Shown piece after piece: positions 29,201 to 39,648 of a stretch of 64,000 nucleotides of DNA. Position 1 is the stretch's first letter, and each line of letters opens with the position of its first letter. Made by a program: the position numbers and the translations under genes. The stretch spans positions 1 through 64,000 of the forward strand of contig JAJHRB010000001.1 in assembly GCA_020833025.1 (NCBI GenBank), in the 5' to 3' direction. A model generated the notes under the pieces. That model was given only the letters and a program-made list of their open reading frames with translations. It was not told the DNA's origin and searched no databases. This stretch comes from Thermoproteaceae archaeon (GTDB taxonomy: Archaea; Thermoproteota; Thermoprotei; Thermoproteales; Thermoproteaceae).

Positions 29201-31327
29201 CTAGTGGGGACGGCTTGAGAGCAGCTGGCGCGCCTGCTCGACTATAGACTCGGCGAGTCTCTCGCCGAATCCGGGCAGGGATGCTATCTCGCGCGGGGAT
29301 GCGGCCGCGACGTCCCTCAGCGTCCTGTAGCCAAAGTTGTGCAGCACTCTGGCCCTGACCCTGCCGATGCCTGCAAGCGACGTGACGAGCTCCAGCAACT
29401 CCTCTCTGACGCCGTACTTGACCCGCAGCGTCACGGTCCTGAGCCCGCGCTCGTGCTCCCTAAGGCCGAGCATTCCGGCGAGTCTCGACGCAGCGCCTCC
29501 CAGCCACTCAAAGAGGTCTATGTAAACGCGCAGGTCTCCCGGCGCGACGTCAAACTCCCTGAATATCTCATCCTCGTCCCCCTCCTCAATCCACGCCATC
29601 AGCATTGCAGCAGCTCTCACTACGTCCTCGAACTCCTCACCCGGCCAGGCCCCAAGCGCCGAGGCTATCTCCTCGGCTATTCTCTCATCTGCGGCGCCGC
29701 GCCTCACTCTGGGAAAGTCGGGCGCCGTGAGTACTATGTAGAGGTACGCCGGAGTGCTAGGCCTCTTGAGCGACCTAATCATGTTGATGTACCCGGCCGC
29801 GACCTCTGGATCCAGATAAAGCCTCGCGACGTGCCTCCCGAGCTCTGTTGCGTAGATCCTGCCCCCCTCGCGCCTTATGAAGCCCCACTTCTCCAGGCTC
29901 TCCACCGCTCTCGTTATCTCTGCCTTGAGCAGTGCGCGCCTGCCCCGCAATTTAAGCTGGTGAAAGCCGAGCGTGTTCGAGAAGAACGCGACAAGGTCCT
30001 CGACAAGCCCGGCATACCCCCCGCCCACTGCTCCCAGCACGTGCGACCTCAAGCACGGCTCGCTGAGTATGTGCGATTTCACGGGCTCCACGCCTCCCCT
30101 CACGTACCTCACCATGAGGTACTCGAGCTCCCTCCTGCTCCTCGCCACTATTACCGCCTCGCCGTAGGGATCGAGCCCGGGCCTCCCAGCGCGCCCCGCC
30201 ATCTGCTTGTACTCGAGAACTGGTATCTCCTCGCGCCCGACCGCGGGATCGTACCTCTCGTGGCTGGCCACCACGACTCTACGCGCCGGCAGATTAACGC
30301 CGGCCGCCAGCGTTGTGGTGGCCACTACAACCTTTATGACTCCACGCCTGAAGCCCTCCTCTACGAGTCTCCTGACCTCAAGCTCCAGCCCAGCGTTGTG
30401 GAAGGCGACGCCCCTCCTGATGACCTCGGCGAGCTCCCTGCCTATAATCTTGCTGGACGACGCGCGCGCCACTTCCCCGGCGAGTCTGTGCGCCTCCGCA
30501 GCGTCGACGAGCCTAGAGGGGTGAGACGCGATGGCGCTTGCTATCGCTCTGGCCAGCCGCACGGTTGATGGCCTGCTGTTCGTGAACACCAGCGCCTGCC
30601 CGCCGCCGAGCACGGCATCAAGCGCGAGGGCGACCTCAGCCTCGCCGCTCACGGCAACCCGCAGCCTTGTCCCGTCGGCGAAGACTATCTCGCCGTTGTG
30701 GTAAACGCCCTCTCTGAGGGGCACGGGCCTCCAGCTGGACGTCACGAGTGCCGCGCCCAGCCACTCTGCGACCTCGCCGGCATTTCCCACCGTGGCGCTC
30801 AGCCCGACGAACTGCGCGCGGAGTCTTAGGTGCTTCAGCTTTGCGACTATCGACTCCAGCACCGGCCCGCGCTTCGGGTCCCCGAGGTAGTGAACCTCAT
30901 CGATTATCACCGCGCCGACCGAGCCGAGCCAGCCTGGCCTCTGCCTAAGCACGCTGTCGAGCTTTTCGTACGTCATTACAATCACTTCATACTCATCCAG
31001 CTTTCTGTCCTCGAAGCCGAAGTCCCCCGTGGACACACCAACGCGCGCGAGTCCGCCGTAGTGAGAGAAGTGGACAAGCTTCTCGTACGCGAGAGCCTTG
31101 AGAGGCACCGCATAAATAGCCATTCCGCCCTCCAGCGCCGTCTTCACAGCCACTATCTCGGCAAGCAGCGACTTCCCTGACGCTGTCGCCGTGCACAGCA
31201 CTATGCTCCTCCCGTTGAGAATTCCGGCCTTGACGGCCTCCTCCTGGGGCGGGAACAGCTTTCTAACGCCTCTCTGCCTTAGCGCGTCTACAAGCCTGGC
31301 GTCAAGCGGTAACTCCGAGACCTCCAT
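29201..31327 (-). CDS. hel308: Hel308/Ski2-like ATP-dependent DNA helicase
   Basis: ATASGKS, DEVH, LSATVGN, GVAFHNAGL, QMAGRAGRPG and C-terminal HhH. Confidence 0.95.
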   Translation of the reverse strand: MEVSELPLDARLVDALRQRGVRKLFPPQEEAVKAGILNGRSIVLCTATASGKSLLAEIVAVKTALEGGMAIYAVPLKALAYEKLVHFSHYGGLARVGVSTGDFGFEDRKLDEYEVIVMTYEKLDSVLRQRPGWLGSVGAVIIDEVHYLGDPKRGPVLESIVAKLKHLRLRAQFVGLSATVGNAGEVAEWLGAALVTSSWRPVPLREGVYHNGEIVFADGTRLRVAVSGEAEVALALDAVLGGGQALVFTNSRPSTVRLARAIASAIASHPSRLVDAAEAHRLAGEVARASSSKIIGRELAEVIRRGVAFHNAGLELEVRRLVEEGFRRGVIKVVVATTTLAAGVNLPARRVVVASHERYDPAVGREEIPVLEYKQMAGRAGRPGLDPYGEAVIVARSRRELEYLMVRYVRGGVEPVKSHILSEPCLRSHVLGAVGGGYAGLVEDLVAFFSNTLGFHQLKLRGRRALLKAEITRAVESLEKWGFIRREGGRIYATELGRHVARLYLDPEVAAGYINMIRSLKRPSTPAYLYIVLTAPDFPRVRRGAADERIAEEIASALGAWPGEEFEDVVRAAAMLMAWIEEGDEDEIFREFDVAPGDLRVYIDLFEWLGGAASRLAGMLGLREHERGLRTVTLRVKYGVREELLELVTSLAGIGRVRARVLHNFGYRTLRDVAAASPREIASLPGFGERLAESIVEQARQLLSSRPH

Positions 31328-31353
31328 GCCCGCAGCCGGCAGACCCGGCGGGA

Positions 31354-31809
31354 TTACTCAATGATGAGGTCTGGCGTTGCGTACCACGCGAGGGCCCACC
31401 TGCCCTCAGCCCCCCTCACGAGAGCCACAACGCCCGAGTACCTGAACTTTATAATCTCCCTGGAGGGATCCCCGAGGAGCAAGAGCGAGGCCAGTCTGGA
31501 GAGGTGCGGCAGGTGCCCAACCAGCATCACGTCATCGAGAGTGGAGAGCCTCGACGCCCATATGCCTGGATCGTCACTAGGCCCCAGCCCCGTCTCCTCT
31601 CTCGCGCTGCACCTGAGATGCCTAGCAAAGATCTCGGCTGTTTGTCTGGCCCTGGCCCTCCCGCTGTGCACTATCTCGCGCACTCTAATGCCAGCACGCG
31701 CGAGGAACCTCGCTACTCTCTCGGTCTCGGCAGCGCCCTCTGGCGTCAGTCTCCTTTCCGGGTCCTCAGCCTCACTGTAGGCCTTGCCGTGCTGTGCCAG
31801 TAGTATCAC
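31354..31809 (-). CDS. sixA: SixA-type phosphohistidine phosphatase
   Basis: QHGKA..RRLTPEG, HSGRARARQTA and LVGHLPHL. Confidence 0.85.
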   Translation of the reverse strand: MILLAQHGKAYSEAEDPERRLTPEGAAETERVARFLARAGIRVREIVHSGRARARQTAEIFARHLRCSAREETGLGPSDDPGIWASRLSTLDDVMLVGHLPHLSRLASLLLLGDPSREIIKFRYSGVVALVRGAEGRWALAWYATPDLIIE

Positions 31810-31904
31810 AGACTCTCGCACGGGCGCATTTTAAGGCTTTGCCAAGCCTGCCGCAACTGACAGTTGAAAGAATTGCAGCTATATTAGCGCTTGCATCGAG
31901 GGGC

Positions 31905-32621
31905 GTGAGGAGAAGGAGGCTCGGGCAGCACTTCCTCCGCGACAGATCGGTCGCGGAGTATATAGTGAGCCTGGTGCCGCCCGGCCTTGATGTCATAGAA
32001 ATCGGGCCGGGCAGGGGGGCCCTGACGCTTCCCCTCGCGCGCAAGTCAAGGACTGTGTATGCGATAGAGGTCGACAGGAGGCTCGCAGAGACCCTCAGGA
32101 TGCTCGCGCCGCAGAACGTCGTGGTGATAGAGGGAGACGCGCTTGAGGTCGAGTGGCCCCGGGCGGATTTCGCGACTTCTAACGTGCCATACTCCATAAC
32201 GTCGCCGCTCCTGCTGAAGCTCGCAAGGCACAGGCTCCCGGCCGTGCTCACGGTCCAGCGCGAGGTGGCCGAGCGCCTCGCGGCGGGGCCCGGCGATGAG
32301 AACTACGGGAGGCTCACAGTGGCTGTTAGGTGCCATTATGATGTCGAGATTCTGCGAATTCTGCCGCCGTGGGTCTTCGAGCCGCCCCCGAAGGTTTACT
32401 CCGCCGTGATCAGGCTCATGCCAAGAGAGCCGTGCGTTGACGACTTTGACGGCTTTCAGAGCTTTACGGCGTGGCTCTTCTCGGCCAGGCGGAAGACGCT
32501 GAGGAGGCTGGGTCTCGCAGAATCAGAGAGAAGGGTGCATCAGCTCTCCTTGCGGGAGATCGCCGAGCTCTATGAGTCCGTGACGCGCGCGGCCGCGCCA
32601 GGGCGGCGGGGGGCGGCATAG
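31905..32621 (+). CDS. rsmA: 16S rRNA dimethyladenosine transferase
   Basis: LGQHFL, EIGPGRG, SNVPYSI, YGRL and PPPKVYSA. GTG 31905 chosen from TATA spacing. Confidence 0.93.
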   Translation: MRRRRLGQHFLRDRSVAEYIVSLVPPGLDVIEIGPGRGALTLPLARKSRTVYAIEVDRRLAETLRMLAPQNVVVIEGDALEVEWPRADFATSNVPYSITSPLLLKLARHRLPAVLTVQREVAERLAAGPGDENYGRLTVAVRCHYDVEILRILPPWVFEPPPKVYSAVIRLMPREPCVDDFDGFQSFTAWLFSARRKTLRRLGLAESERRVHQLSLREIAELYESVTRAAAPGRRGAA

Positions 32622-32633
32622 TGCGGCGCGGGC

Positions 32634-33497
32634 GTGCCGCTGCTAAAGCTCGTGTTCCTTGGCACCGGCGGCGCGGTTCCGAGGCCCGGGAGTGCGCTGC
32701 CAGCGATATACCTAGAGGACTGGCTCGGCAATAGAGTGCTGCTTGACGCAGGCGAGGGCGCTCAGTACAGGCTGCTGGAGGCTGGCGTGTCCCCCGCCTC
32801 GCTGACTCTCATCGCGGTGACCCACATGCACGAGGATCACGTGCTCGGCCTCCCTGGCACTCTGGCCACAGCGTCACTTTTCGGCGGCAGGCCGGTCGTG
32901 CTCGCGCCGAGATCTGCCCACGACGTGCTCAGGGGGCTTGGAGTCGAGGTGATGGAGCGATATGAGTCGCGCCGCTTCCGGGTCTCGTGCGTTCGGACGT
33001 GCCACACCATTGATGCATGCGGTTGGCTCCTTGAGTGGGATGCCGGCATTAAGTTCAGCCGCGATAAGATAGCGGAGCTCCCAAGGTGGGCCGTGGCGGC
33101 GCTGGCCAGGGGCGAGGCCGTCGAGGTGGGAGGCAGGGTCATAAGGCAGGATGACGTGGTGGAGGGCCGCCAGAGGAGGTTCAAGCGCCTCCTGTACACT
33201 GGAGACACGGCCCCATGTCCGGAGGTGTGGAGCGCCGTCGGGGAGGTCGATGTGTTAATACACGAGGCGGCGTTCGCAGATGACGTGAGCCCGCGGAAGG
33301 CGCACAGAGAGGGGCACTCGACAATAGTCGACGCGGTAGAGGCCGCGAGGGCGCTCAGGGCCAGAGTGCTCGTGGTTACGCACGTAAGCGCGAGATATCC
33401 GGACAAGAGTAGACATAAAGCACTTGCCAGGGTGGTCAGGCCGCCGCCTTACGTCTACGTGCCTGACGACATGGACGCGCTCCTCATATCTCTCTGA
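32634..33497 (+). CDS. rnz: Ribonuclease Z
   Basis: FLGTGG, LDAGEG, THMHEDH..GLPG, YTGDT, LIHEA, GHST and THVSARY. Confidence 0.93.
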   Translation: MPLLKLVFLGTGGAVPRPGSALPAIYLEDWLGNRVLLDAGEGAQYRLLEAGVSPASLTLIAVTHMHEDHVLGLPGTLATASLFGGRPVVLAPRSAHDVLRGLGVEVMERYESRRFRVSCVRTCHTIDACGWLLEWDAGIKFSRDKIAELPRWAVAALARGEAVEVGGRVIRQDDVVEGRQRRFKRLLYTGDTAPCPEVWSAVGEVDVLIHEAAFADDVSPRKAHREGHSTIVDAVEAARALRARVLVVTHVSARYPDKSRHKALARVVRPPPYVYVPDDMDALLISL

Positions 33498-33499
33498 AC

Positions 33500-34252
33500 T
33501 CACACTCTGACTGCCACGTAAATTACCGTCGTGGAGAGGGGCGCCAGGCACTTCAGCACGTCAAACTTCTCAAAGAACTTCAGCCTGAAGCCCCTTTGCA
33601 GGAGTCTCGACGGGAGGGGCGGGAGCAAGTACACGGGCCTTGCCTCGACGAGCTTAAAACCGGCCCGTCTCATTGACGATACCACATGAAAGTATGAGTA
33701 GTAAGTGAACGGCACCTCTCTGCCGGAGAACTCCCACACTCCCCTGACGGCACCTCTGATGAGTGCCGCGAGCAGCTTACGCACTCCCTGGTATATCGCG
33801 TACTCGAAGAACATGTCGAGACACACCGCATTGTCGATATCAGCAATGAACACGCCGCCGCGCTTAAGCACGCAAGCAGCGGAAGTAAACGCGGCATCTG
33901 TGTCGGGCAGGTGGTTGTAGACGCTGCCAAGCGCCACCACCGCATCAAAGCTCTCGCACTTGAAGGGCAGCGACGCGGCGTCTCCTTGTATTCTCTCATC
34001 ACACGGCTTGCACCTCTTCAGCGACGCGCATGATATATCAAGCGACGTGACGTGGGCGCCCCTGCGCCTCAGGTAGATGCTCCAGAACCCAGTCCCCGCC
34101 CCGACGTCAAGGACGCGCGTCCGCGGCTTTATATATGCATCCAGCACGTTGCCAATCTTCATGTACAGCGTCCTGTAGTACTCCGAGCCGAGATACAAGC
34201 TCTCGTAAAACAGCGCTATCGAGTCGTAATACTCCGCTACCCTATTCCTCAC
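33500..34252 (-). CDS. Class I SAM-dependent methyltransferase
   Basis: VLDVGAGTG, QGDAASLPF..FDAV and LKRGG. Confidence 0.88.
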   Translation of the reverse strand: MRNRVAEYYDSIALFYESLYLGSEYYRTLYMKIGNVLDAYIKPRTRVLDVGAGTGFWSIYLRRRGAHVTSLDISCASLKRCKPCDERIQGDAASLPFKCESFDAVVALGSVYNHLPDTDAAFTSAACVLKRGGVFIADIDNAVCLDMFFEYAIYQGVRKLLAALIRGAVRGVWEFSGREVPFTYYSYFHVVSSMRRAGFKLVEARPVYLLPPLPSRLLQRGFRLKFFEKFDVLKCLAPLSTTVIYVAVRV

Positions 34253-34254
34253 CG

Positions 34255-35832
34255 TTATCTCGGCTCGATCTTGAAGTCTACGGAAAACTTCTTCCTGAGC
34301 TTCTCGAGCTTTGCCGCGCTGCGCGAGAGAACTATATTAAGGTACTCCTCAGGCACTCTTATAACTACAAGCCCGTCGCGCTCCTCGATCCGTATTTCAT
34401 GTGGCGGCACGTAGCGCTTCAGTGTAGATATCACCATGGAACGAATCTTTCTCGACAGCGCCCCTAGCTCGGCCCTCCCCACTGGCACAATGAACGTCTC
34501 CTCGCCGAAAACGTAGATTTCATACTCCACCTCGTCGCTCAGGAAGTCCTTGACTAGTATTACCGGCCTCGCGAGATCCTCCTCCCTCATGCCGGCGGGC
34601 ACCTTAACAACCATTGACAGCGCATACACCTTCCTAACCTCTCCCTCCCTCATGAAGATCACTGTGTCAATTATTGACGGTATCATGCCCAGCTCTACTC
34701 TCGTGATGAAGCGCTGGATGGCATCAATGGGCGACGTTGCGTGGACAACGCCGACCATGCCTATGCCCGCGAGTCTCAAGTCGACATAGAGTTGAAAGTC
34801 AGTATCATTTCTCATCTCATCGAATATTGTATAGTCGGGGCGCGAGAGCAGCAAGATGTCGTGTATCTCCTCAGGGGAGGCTGCGCTCTTGGACAGCTGG
34901 GTTATCGCGGGGCTCAGGACCATGTCTCTCGGCGATTCTATTGTCTTCACTATTTTGCCCTTGCTCAAGTAGAACTCCGCCAGAGCCTGGGCAAACGTCG
35001 TCTTGCCCGCGCCCGGCGCGCCTGCAATTAGTATACCCTCGGCGCTCTTCTCGAGACGCTCTATCACCTTGACATTGAGACCGTAGTCCTCAATCCTCCT
35101 CTTGAGTATTGGCCTCGTCGCCGTTATTTCGAGCCTCTCCGACACTGGCGGGAACGTCACAACAATTCTATACTCCTTGTGCTGTAATATCAGCGAGTGC
35201 GGCCTCCTTATTTCAATCCTCGTCCTGGATTCCGGTCTCGACGCCTCGGAGATCAGCTCCCGAGCTATCTCCTCGAGCTGTCTCCGCGTGACCGGCTCTT
35301 GGGACAGCTGCACGAGATGCCAGCTGCCTGGCCTGCCGATCTTCCCCATTGGCGGGAGACCCTCCTTGAGGTGGACTGACATGACGTCTGCGTTAAAGAA
35401 CTTCTCGATTGTCAGCACGTCGCGCGGCCTCCCTAAGTACAGCACCTCAATGCCCTGAGCCAGCGCTGCGTCTCTGGCAAGCTCGTCGCTCGTGACGTAA
35501 GTGCAGTTGTTCTCTCTTGCGAACTGCCTCGCGCGGGACTCGATGTCGGGAAGCTCCGGGCGCCCCCGCGCCTGCACGACCTCAACCCTCACGAAGTCCG
35601 AGAGCCCGAGCTTCTCGATCGCGCTGCGCAGCTCTCTCAACTCCTCCACGGCAATCAGGCCGATGCCGTCGCCCTGCCTAGCGAGCGAGACGAAGTGCTC
35701 GACCATCTCGGACAGGAGGAACACCGTGCCCCGTATCACGCCGCCGACAACTGCATCCTTGAGGCTCCCGTCGAGTATCGCGGAGCTGCCAGCCACATAT
35801 TTGCTCACCGGCCTCTTACGGCGCGAAGGCAT
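34255..35832 (-). CDS. PINA ATPase (PIN-like domain, PilT/VirB11-type ATPase, KH domain)
   Basis: N-terminal PIN-like domain, GAPGAGKTTFAQAL, TIESPRD, FDEMR and VVHAT. The true start may be GTG 35808. Confidence 0.9.
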   Translation of the reverse strand: MPSRRKRPVSKYVAGSSAILDGSLKDAVVGGVIRGTVFLLSEMVEHFVSLARQGDGIGLIAVEELRELRSAIEKLGLSDFVRVEVVQARGRPELPDIESRARQFARENNCTYVTSDELARDAALAQGIEVLYLGRPRDVLTIEKFFNADVMSVHLKEGLPPMGKIGRPGSWHLVQLSQEPVTRRQLEEIARELISEASRPESRTRIEIRRPHSLILQHKEYRIVVTFPPVSERLEITATRPILKRRIEDYGLNVKVIERLEKSAEGILIAGAPGAGKTTFAQALAEFYLSKGKIVKTIESPRDMVLSPAITQLSKSAASPEEIHDILLLSRPDYTIFDEMRNDTDFQLYVDLRLAGIGMVGVVHATSPIDAIQRFITRVELGMIPSIIDTVIFMREGEVRKVYALSMVVKVPAGMREEDLARPVILVKDFLSDEVEYEIYVFGEETFIVPVGRAELGALSRKIRSMVISTLKRYVPPHEIRIEERDGLVVIRVPEEYLNIVLSRSAAKLEKLRKKFSVDFKIEPR

Positions 35833-35859
35833 TAAAAATCCTCAGCACCGCGTGCTCCC

Positions 35860-36040
35860 CTTCAGCTCCCGGCAGCCTGGGGCAGGGCCTCGGCTTGCCC
35901 AGCGCGTTAGCACGTACTGACGCGGCCCCGCGCCATTACTGGCGCGCTCGGGGCTTTGGCTGGTGGCACCCTCACTAGGCGGCGCCCGCCAGTGCCTCCG
36001 GCGACAGACTGACCGGGAGGGTTGCCGGCTGCGGTTTTTT
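35860..36040 (+). ncRNA. Candidate structured ncRNA of unknown class
   Basis: TTAAAAA at 35832, closing stem 35869-35877/36020-36028 enclosing five hairpins, T6 at 36035-36040. Confidence 0.45.
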
Positions 36041-36060
36041 CACTATTCCCTCCGCGCCGG

Positions 36061-36888
36061 TTAGACGCCAGCGCACTTCATCAGTTTCGCTACGTGGAGC
36101 AGCAGCCTGGAAACCTTAACGGCCGTAATGTCCGAGACGTCATTGAGCGGTGAGAATTCCACAATATCAACGGCAATGGGCTTAAGGCTCAGTACTAAAT
36201 CCGCGACTAGGCTCTCGAGCACCGAGTAGCTAATTCCGCCGGCCTCGGGCACACCAACTCCAGGGGCCTGTGAGGGGTCAAGAACGTCCACGTCAATGCT
36301 TACATAGACTCTACCAGATGCTGTAGATACGGCGTCGGCAATGGCGTCGCGGCCGAAATTGCTGCCCTCCACGACAAAAAACCCAGCGCCGTTAGCGTAC
36401 GTGTACTCCTCGTCGCCATAGGCTCTGACGCCCACGACGATGGCGTAAAACCCCAGTCTCTCGTGAGCCCTCCGGAGAAACGTCGCGTGCGATAGCTTCT
36501 GGCCTGGCGGCCACTCGTCCCGCAGGTCGAAGTGCGCGTCCACGTGGACGTAGGTGTCGGGCCTTAGAGCCTCCAGCGCCGCGAGCGTTACTGTATGCTC
36601 GCCGCCGAGCATGATAAACGGCGTGCCTACTCCCTCGACGAACCGCTTCAGCCTTGCCAGGTTCTCCTCCACCGCGCCGCGCAGCAGGTTAACGTCTCCC
36701 ATGTCGCACAGCAGCCTCTCGGCGCTTCCGAGCAGCGTTGTCGGCTCAATGTACGGCATCACAAACCGCACTCTCTGGGGCGCAAATCTCGTGCCAGGCC
36801 TGAAGCTGACAGTGTCCTCCATGGGGGCTCCAAAGAGTTTCACCTCCTGGTCCCTACATGTGCGCATGTATACATTGTTTCTCTGCAC
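36061..36888 (-). CDS. speB: Agmatinase
   Basis: RPGTRFAP, GGEHTVT, DAHFDLRD, SIDVDVLDP..PG and VEFSP. The start may be 36867. Confidence 0.92.
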   Translation of the reverse strand: MQRNNVYMRTCRDQEVKLFGAPMEDTVSFRPGTRFAPQRVRFVMPYIEPTTLLGSAERLLCDMGDVNLLRGAVEENLARLKRFVEGVGTPFIMLGGEHTVTLAALEALRPDTYVHVDAHFDLRDEWPPGQKLSHATFLRRAHERLGFYAIVVGVRAYGDEEYTYANGAGFFVVEGSNFGRDAIADAVSTASGRVYVSIDVDVLDPSQAPGVGVPEAGGISYSVLESLVADLVLSLKPIAVDIVEFSPLNDVSDITAVKVSRLLLHVAKLMKCAGV

Positions 36889-37759
36889 GTTTGCGCGCTT
36901 TGCGCTTGGGAATTATCTTTATGTCGACGTGTACTACTAGTGGGTGGAGTTTCATGACGCTCCTGATAATCCTAGACCTCAGTACGTGCAGCTGGCCCAC
37001 CGTCATCTCGGGGCTCACCGCGATGAGGGCATACACCACGAGAAAGCTGCCGGCCCTTCTAATCTTTAGATTAAGCGGCTTGCCGATGCTCAGTAGCTTT
37101 TCGCGTATCTTTCCCTCCAGTGCCGGATCTCTGTACAACACGCCCAGAATCCCGTAAGTGGCATCTCTGCTAAGCCTTGCGAACTCATACAGCACGTAGC
37201 AGTACGCTGCAATCACCGCGATCATCTCGGCTGCGAAGAGCTTGAAGAAGTTGCTCGCGCAGACCGCCGCGGCGAAGCCGGCCGACAGGATGGTGTCGAC
37301 CTTTGCGTGGAGGGCGTCTGCCTTGAGCACGGTGAGCTTTAGCGTTTGGTAGTTCCGGCGCTCCCACACATACATAGCATATGTCAGCGCGGCGCCGGCG
37401 AGAAAGAGCGGGGCAGCCCACAGCGGCGTTGGCGTGCCCTCCAGCCTAGTGGACGTGACGAGCATGTAGGTGTAAAAGCCCAGCACTGCAAGCACCGAGA
37501 GCAGCGTCACTAAGCTCTCAAGGCGGTAGACTTCCCACGGGAATGAGCGGCCCCGCCTCGACGCGTAGTACAGCCCGAAGCCGGAGACATAGGCAATCGC
37601 GGCGTCCATGAAGCCGTGAAGCGCATCGCCAATTATGAGCAGGCTCTCGTACATGACGCCGAGCACCAGCTCAATAAGTGTGTACGCTAGCGAGATGGTG
37701 CCCATTATGAAGAGATAGAGAGACGCTATCCACAGTCTGATGTGCGGTCTCACACTCAA
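36854..37759 (-). CDS. Cation diffusion facilitator family transporter
   Basis: Six hydrophobic segments, GDALHGFMD, KADALHAKVD and a C-terminal dimerisation domain. Confidence 0.88.
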   Translation of the reverse strand: MSVRPHIRLWIASLYLFIMGTISLAYTLIELVLGVMYESLLIIGDALHGFMDAAIAYVSGFGLYYASRRGRSFPWEVYRLESLVTLLSVLAVLGFYTYMLVTSTRLEGTPTPLWAAPLFLAGAALTYAMYVWERRNYQTLKLTVLKADALHAKVDTILSAGFAAAVCASNFFKLFAAEMIAVIAAYCYVLYEFARLSRDATYGILGVLYRDPALEGKIREKLLSIGKPLNLKIRRAGSFLVVYALIAVSPEMTVGQLHVLRSRIIRSVMKLHPLVVHVDIKIIPKRKARKRAEKQCIHAHM

Positions 37760-37890
37760 AGTTTACAATACAATGTTAATAAGCAGGATCCCGCGATGGC
37801 AGCCGGCCACTGCCGCGCGGCTCTGGCGCGTGCCTGGCCCCGCGAGACTACCTTGAAGCACATCTTAAATACGGCGCGACATGCAAACTA

Positions 37891-39648
37891 ATGCGCCGCG
37901 CCGAGCTGCTCGATGACATAATAAAGCGCCGCTTGATTTACTGGCCGTCGTTTGAGATTTACGGCGGGGTTGGCGGTTTTTACGACTACGGCCCTCTCGG
38001 AGCTCAGCTCAGGCGTAATATAATTGAGAAGTGGAGGAGCGTATTCATTCTGCCATATCAGGATACCATAGTTGAAATTGAAACTCCCATCATAATGCCG
38101 GAGCCCGTCTTTAGGGCGTCAGGGCACCTGGATCACTTTACGGATTACGTTATAACGTGCACTAAGTGCGGCAGAAAGTACCGGGCAGATCACTTAGTGG
38201 AGGAGGAGCTTGCAAAGCGCAGACTCAAGGTCTCGGCCGAGGGCCTCCCGCCTGAATCTCTCCAGCAGCTGGTCGATGAATACAAAATTTCATGCCCGGC
38301 GTGCGGGGGCGCGCTAAACGGCGTCGAGACGTTCAACTTGCTCTTCAGGACAACGGTGGGGCCCTATAGCAACAGCACTGGCTACTTGAGACCAGAAACG
38401 GCTCAGGGAATTTTCGTGGCCTTCCCGCGAGTAGTGGAGTACATGAGGCGCAGGCTTCCGTTCGGGGTTGCCCAGATCGGGAGAGTCGCCAGGAACGAAA
38501 TCTCGCCGAGAGGGGGTCTTATCAGGCTTCGGGAGTTCACGCAGATGGAAATAGAGCTCTTTTTCGACCCGCTGAGCCCCAAGTGCCCGTACTTCGCTGA
38601 GGTGGAGAATATCGAGGTGCCCGTGGTCCCCGAGGAGCTCGTCGCTAAGGGCCAGAGCGAGCCGCTGCTTCTAACTGCGCGCGAGATAGTAGAGAGGAAT
38701 TACGCCAGCGAGTGGATGGCGTTCTTCATGGCGCTCTCGGTGAAGTTCCTCAGAGGGCTCGGCGTGCCGCTCGAGAGGCAGAAGTTCGTAGGCAAGCTTC
38801 CGCACGAGAGGGCCCACTACTCCTCCAAGTCTTACGATCAGGTAGTGCTGACGGAGCGCTTCGGCTGGATAGAGGTGTCCGGGCACGCGTACCGCGCTGA
38901 TTATGACCTGTCGCGGCACAGCAAGTACAGCGGCTACGAGATATATCTAGAGAGGAGGCTCCCAGAGCCCAGAGAGGTTGAGGTCGCCAGAGTGTATCCC
39001 AATCCGGCCGCGATAAGGGAAAGGTATGGCGAGAGAATCGGCGAGGTTATAAAGGCAATTAAGGAGGGCGGGGATGTTATCGCCAGCGCGTTCAGGAGTG
39101 AGGCGGACAGGGTTAGCCTCGGCCCCTACGTGATAACCAGAGACATGGTGTTCATAAAGGTTGAGAGAAAGAGAGTGGAGTTCGAGAAGTTCGTGCCTCA
39201 CGTGGTCGAGCCGTCTTTCGGTCTCGACAGAGTCCTTTACGTAACGCTGGAATTAGCCGTGGCGGAGGAGGGGGGCAGAGTTTACCTCAAGCTCCCGCCG
39301 GATATAGCACCCGTTAATGCATGCATTCTGCCCATTGTGAGACGCGCCGAGTATGTCGAAATAGGCAGCAGGTTAATGAGGGAGCTCGCGCGGGAGGGCT
39401 TTATAGTACTTTACGACGACGAGGGGACAATAGGCAGCAGGTATGCAAGCTGCGACGAAATAGGGACGCCTGCAGCAATAACAATCGACGAGCGGACGCT
39501 TGTAGACGGCACAGTTACGGTCAGGGACCGCGACACAAGGAGGCAAGTGAGAGTGCGCATCAGCGACGTGGCCAAGTTCGTTGAGCTCGTAAGGCGGGGA
39601 GTTGGATTTGACAGCGCGGCAAAAGCGCTCGGCGCCGCGCCAGCATAG
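37891..39648 (+). CDS. glyS: Glycine--tRNA ligase
   Basis: YGGVGGFYDYGPLG, LRPETAQGIF, RNEISPRGGLIRLREF and VEPSFGLDR. Confidence 0.96.
   Translation: MRRAELLDDIIKRRLIYWPSFEIYGGVGGFYDYGPLGAQLRRNIIEKWRSVFILPYQDTIVEIETPIIMPEPVFRASGHLDHFTDYVITCTKCGRKYRADHLVEEELAKRRLKVSAEGLPPESLQQLVDEYKISCPACGGALNGVETFNLLFRTTVGPYSNSTGYLRPETAQGIFVAFPRVVEYMRRRLPFGVAQIGRVARNEISPRGGLIRLREFTQMEIELFFDPLSPKCPYFAEVENIEVPVVPEELVAKGQSEPLLLTAREIVERNYASEWMAFFMALSVKFLRGLGVPLERQKFVGKLPHERAHYSSKSYDQVVLTERFGWIEVSGHAYRADYDLSRHSKYSGYEIYLERRLPEPREVEVARVYPNPAAIRERYGERIGEVIKAIKEGGDVIASAFRSEADRVSLGPYVITRDMVFIKVERKRVEFEKFVPHVVEPSFGLDRVLYVTLELAVAEEGGRVYLKLPPDIAPVNACILPIVRRAEYVEIGSRLMRELAREGFIVLYDDEGTIGSRYASCDEIGTPAAITIDERTLVDGTVTVRDRDTRRQVRVRISDVAKFVELVRRGVGFDSAAKALGAAPA

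Noticed and set aside
29339-30568. Long antisense ORFs such as 29339-30568, 17478-18068, 39373-40002, 51359-52126 and 56952-57560
   Set aside because: These are shadow frames opposite well-supported genes in high-GC sequence, with no motifs.
35860-36040. Identification as RNase P or SRP RNA
   Set aside because: GGCAAGCCGAG and CTGAAGGGGG on the minus strand echo RNase P segments, but a consistent P4/P5 pairing could not be built, and the SRP helix-8 motif is absent. Kept only as an unclassified candidate.
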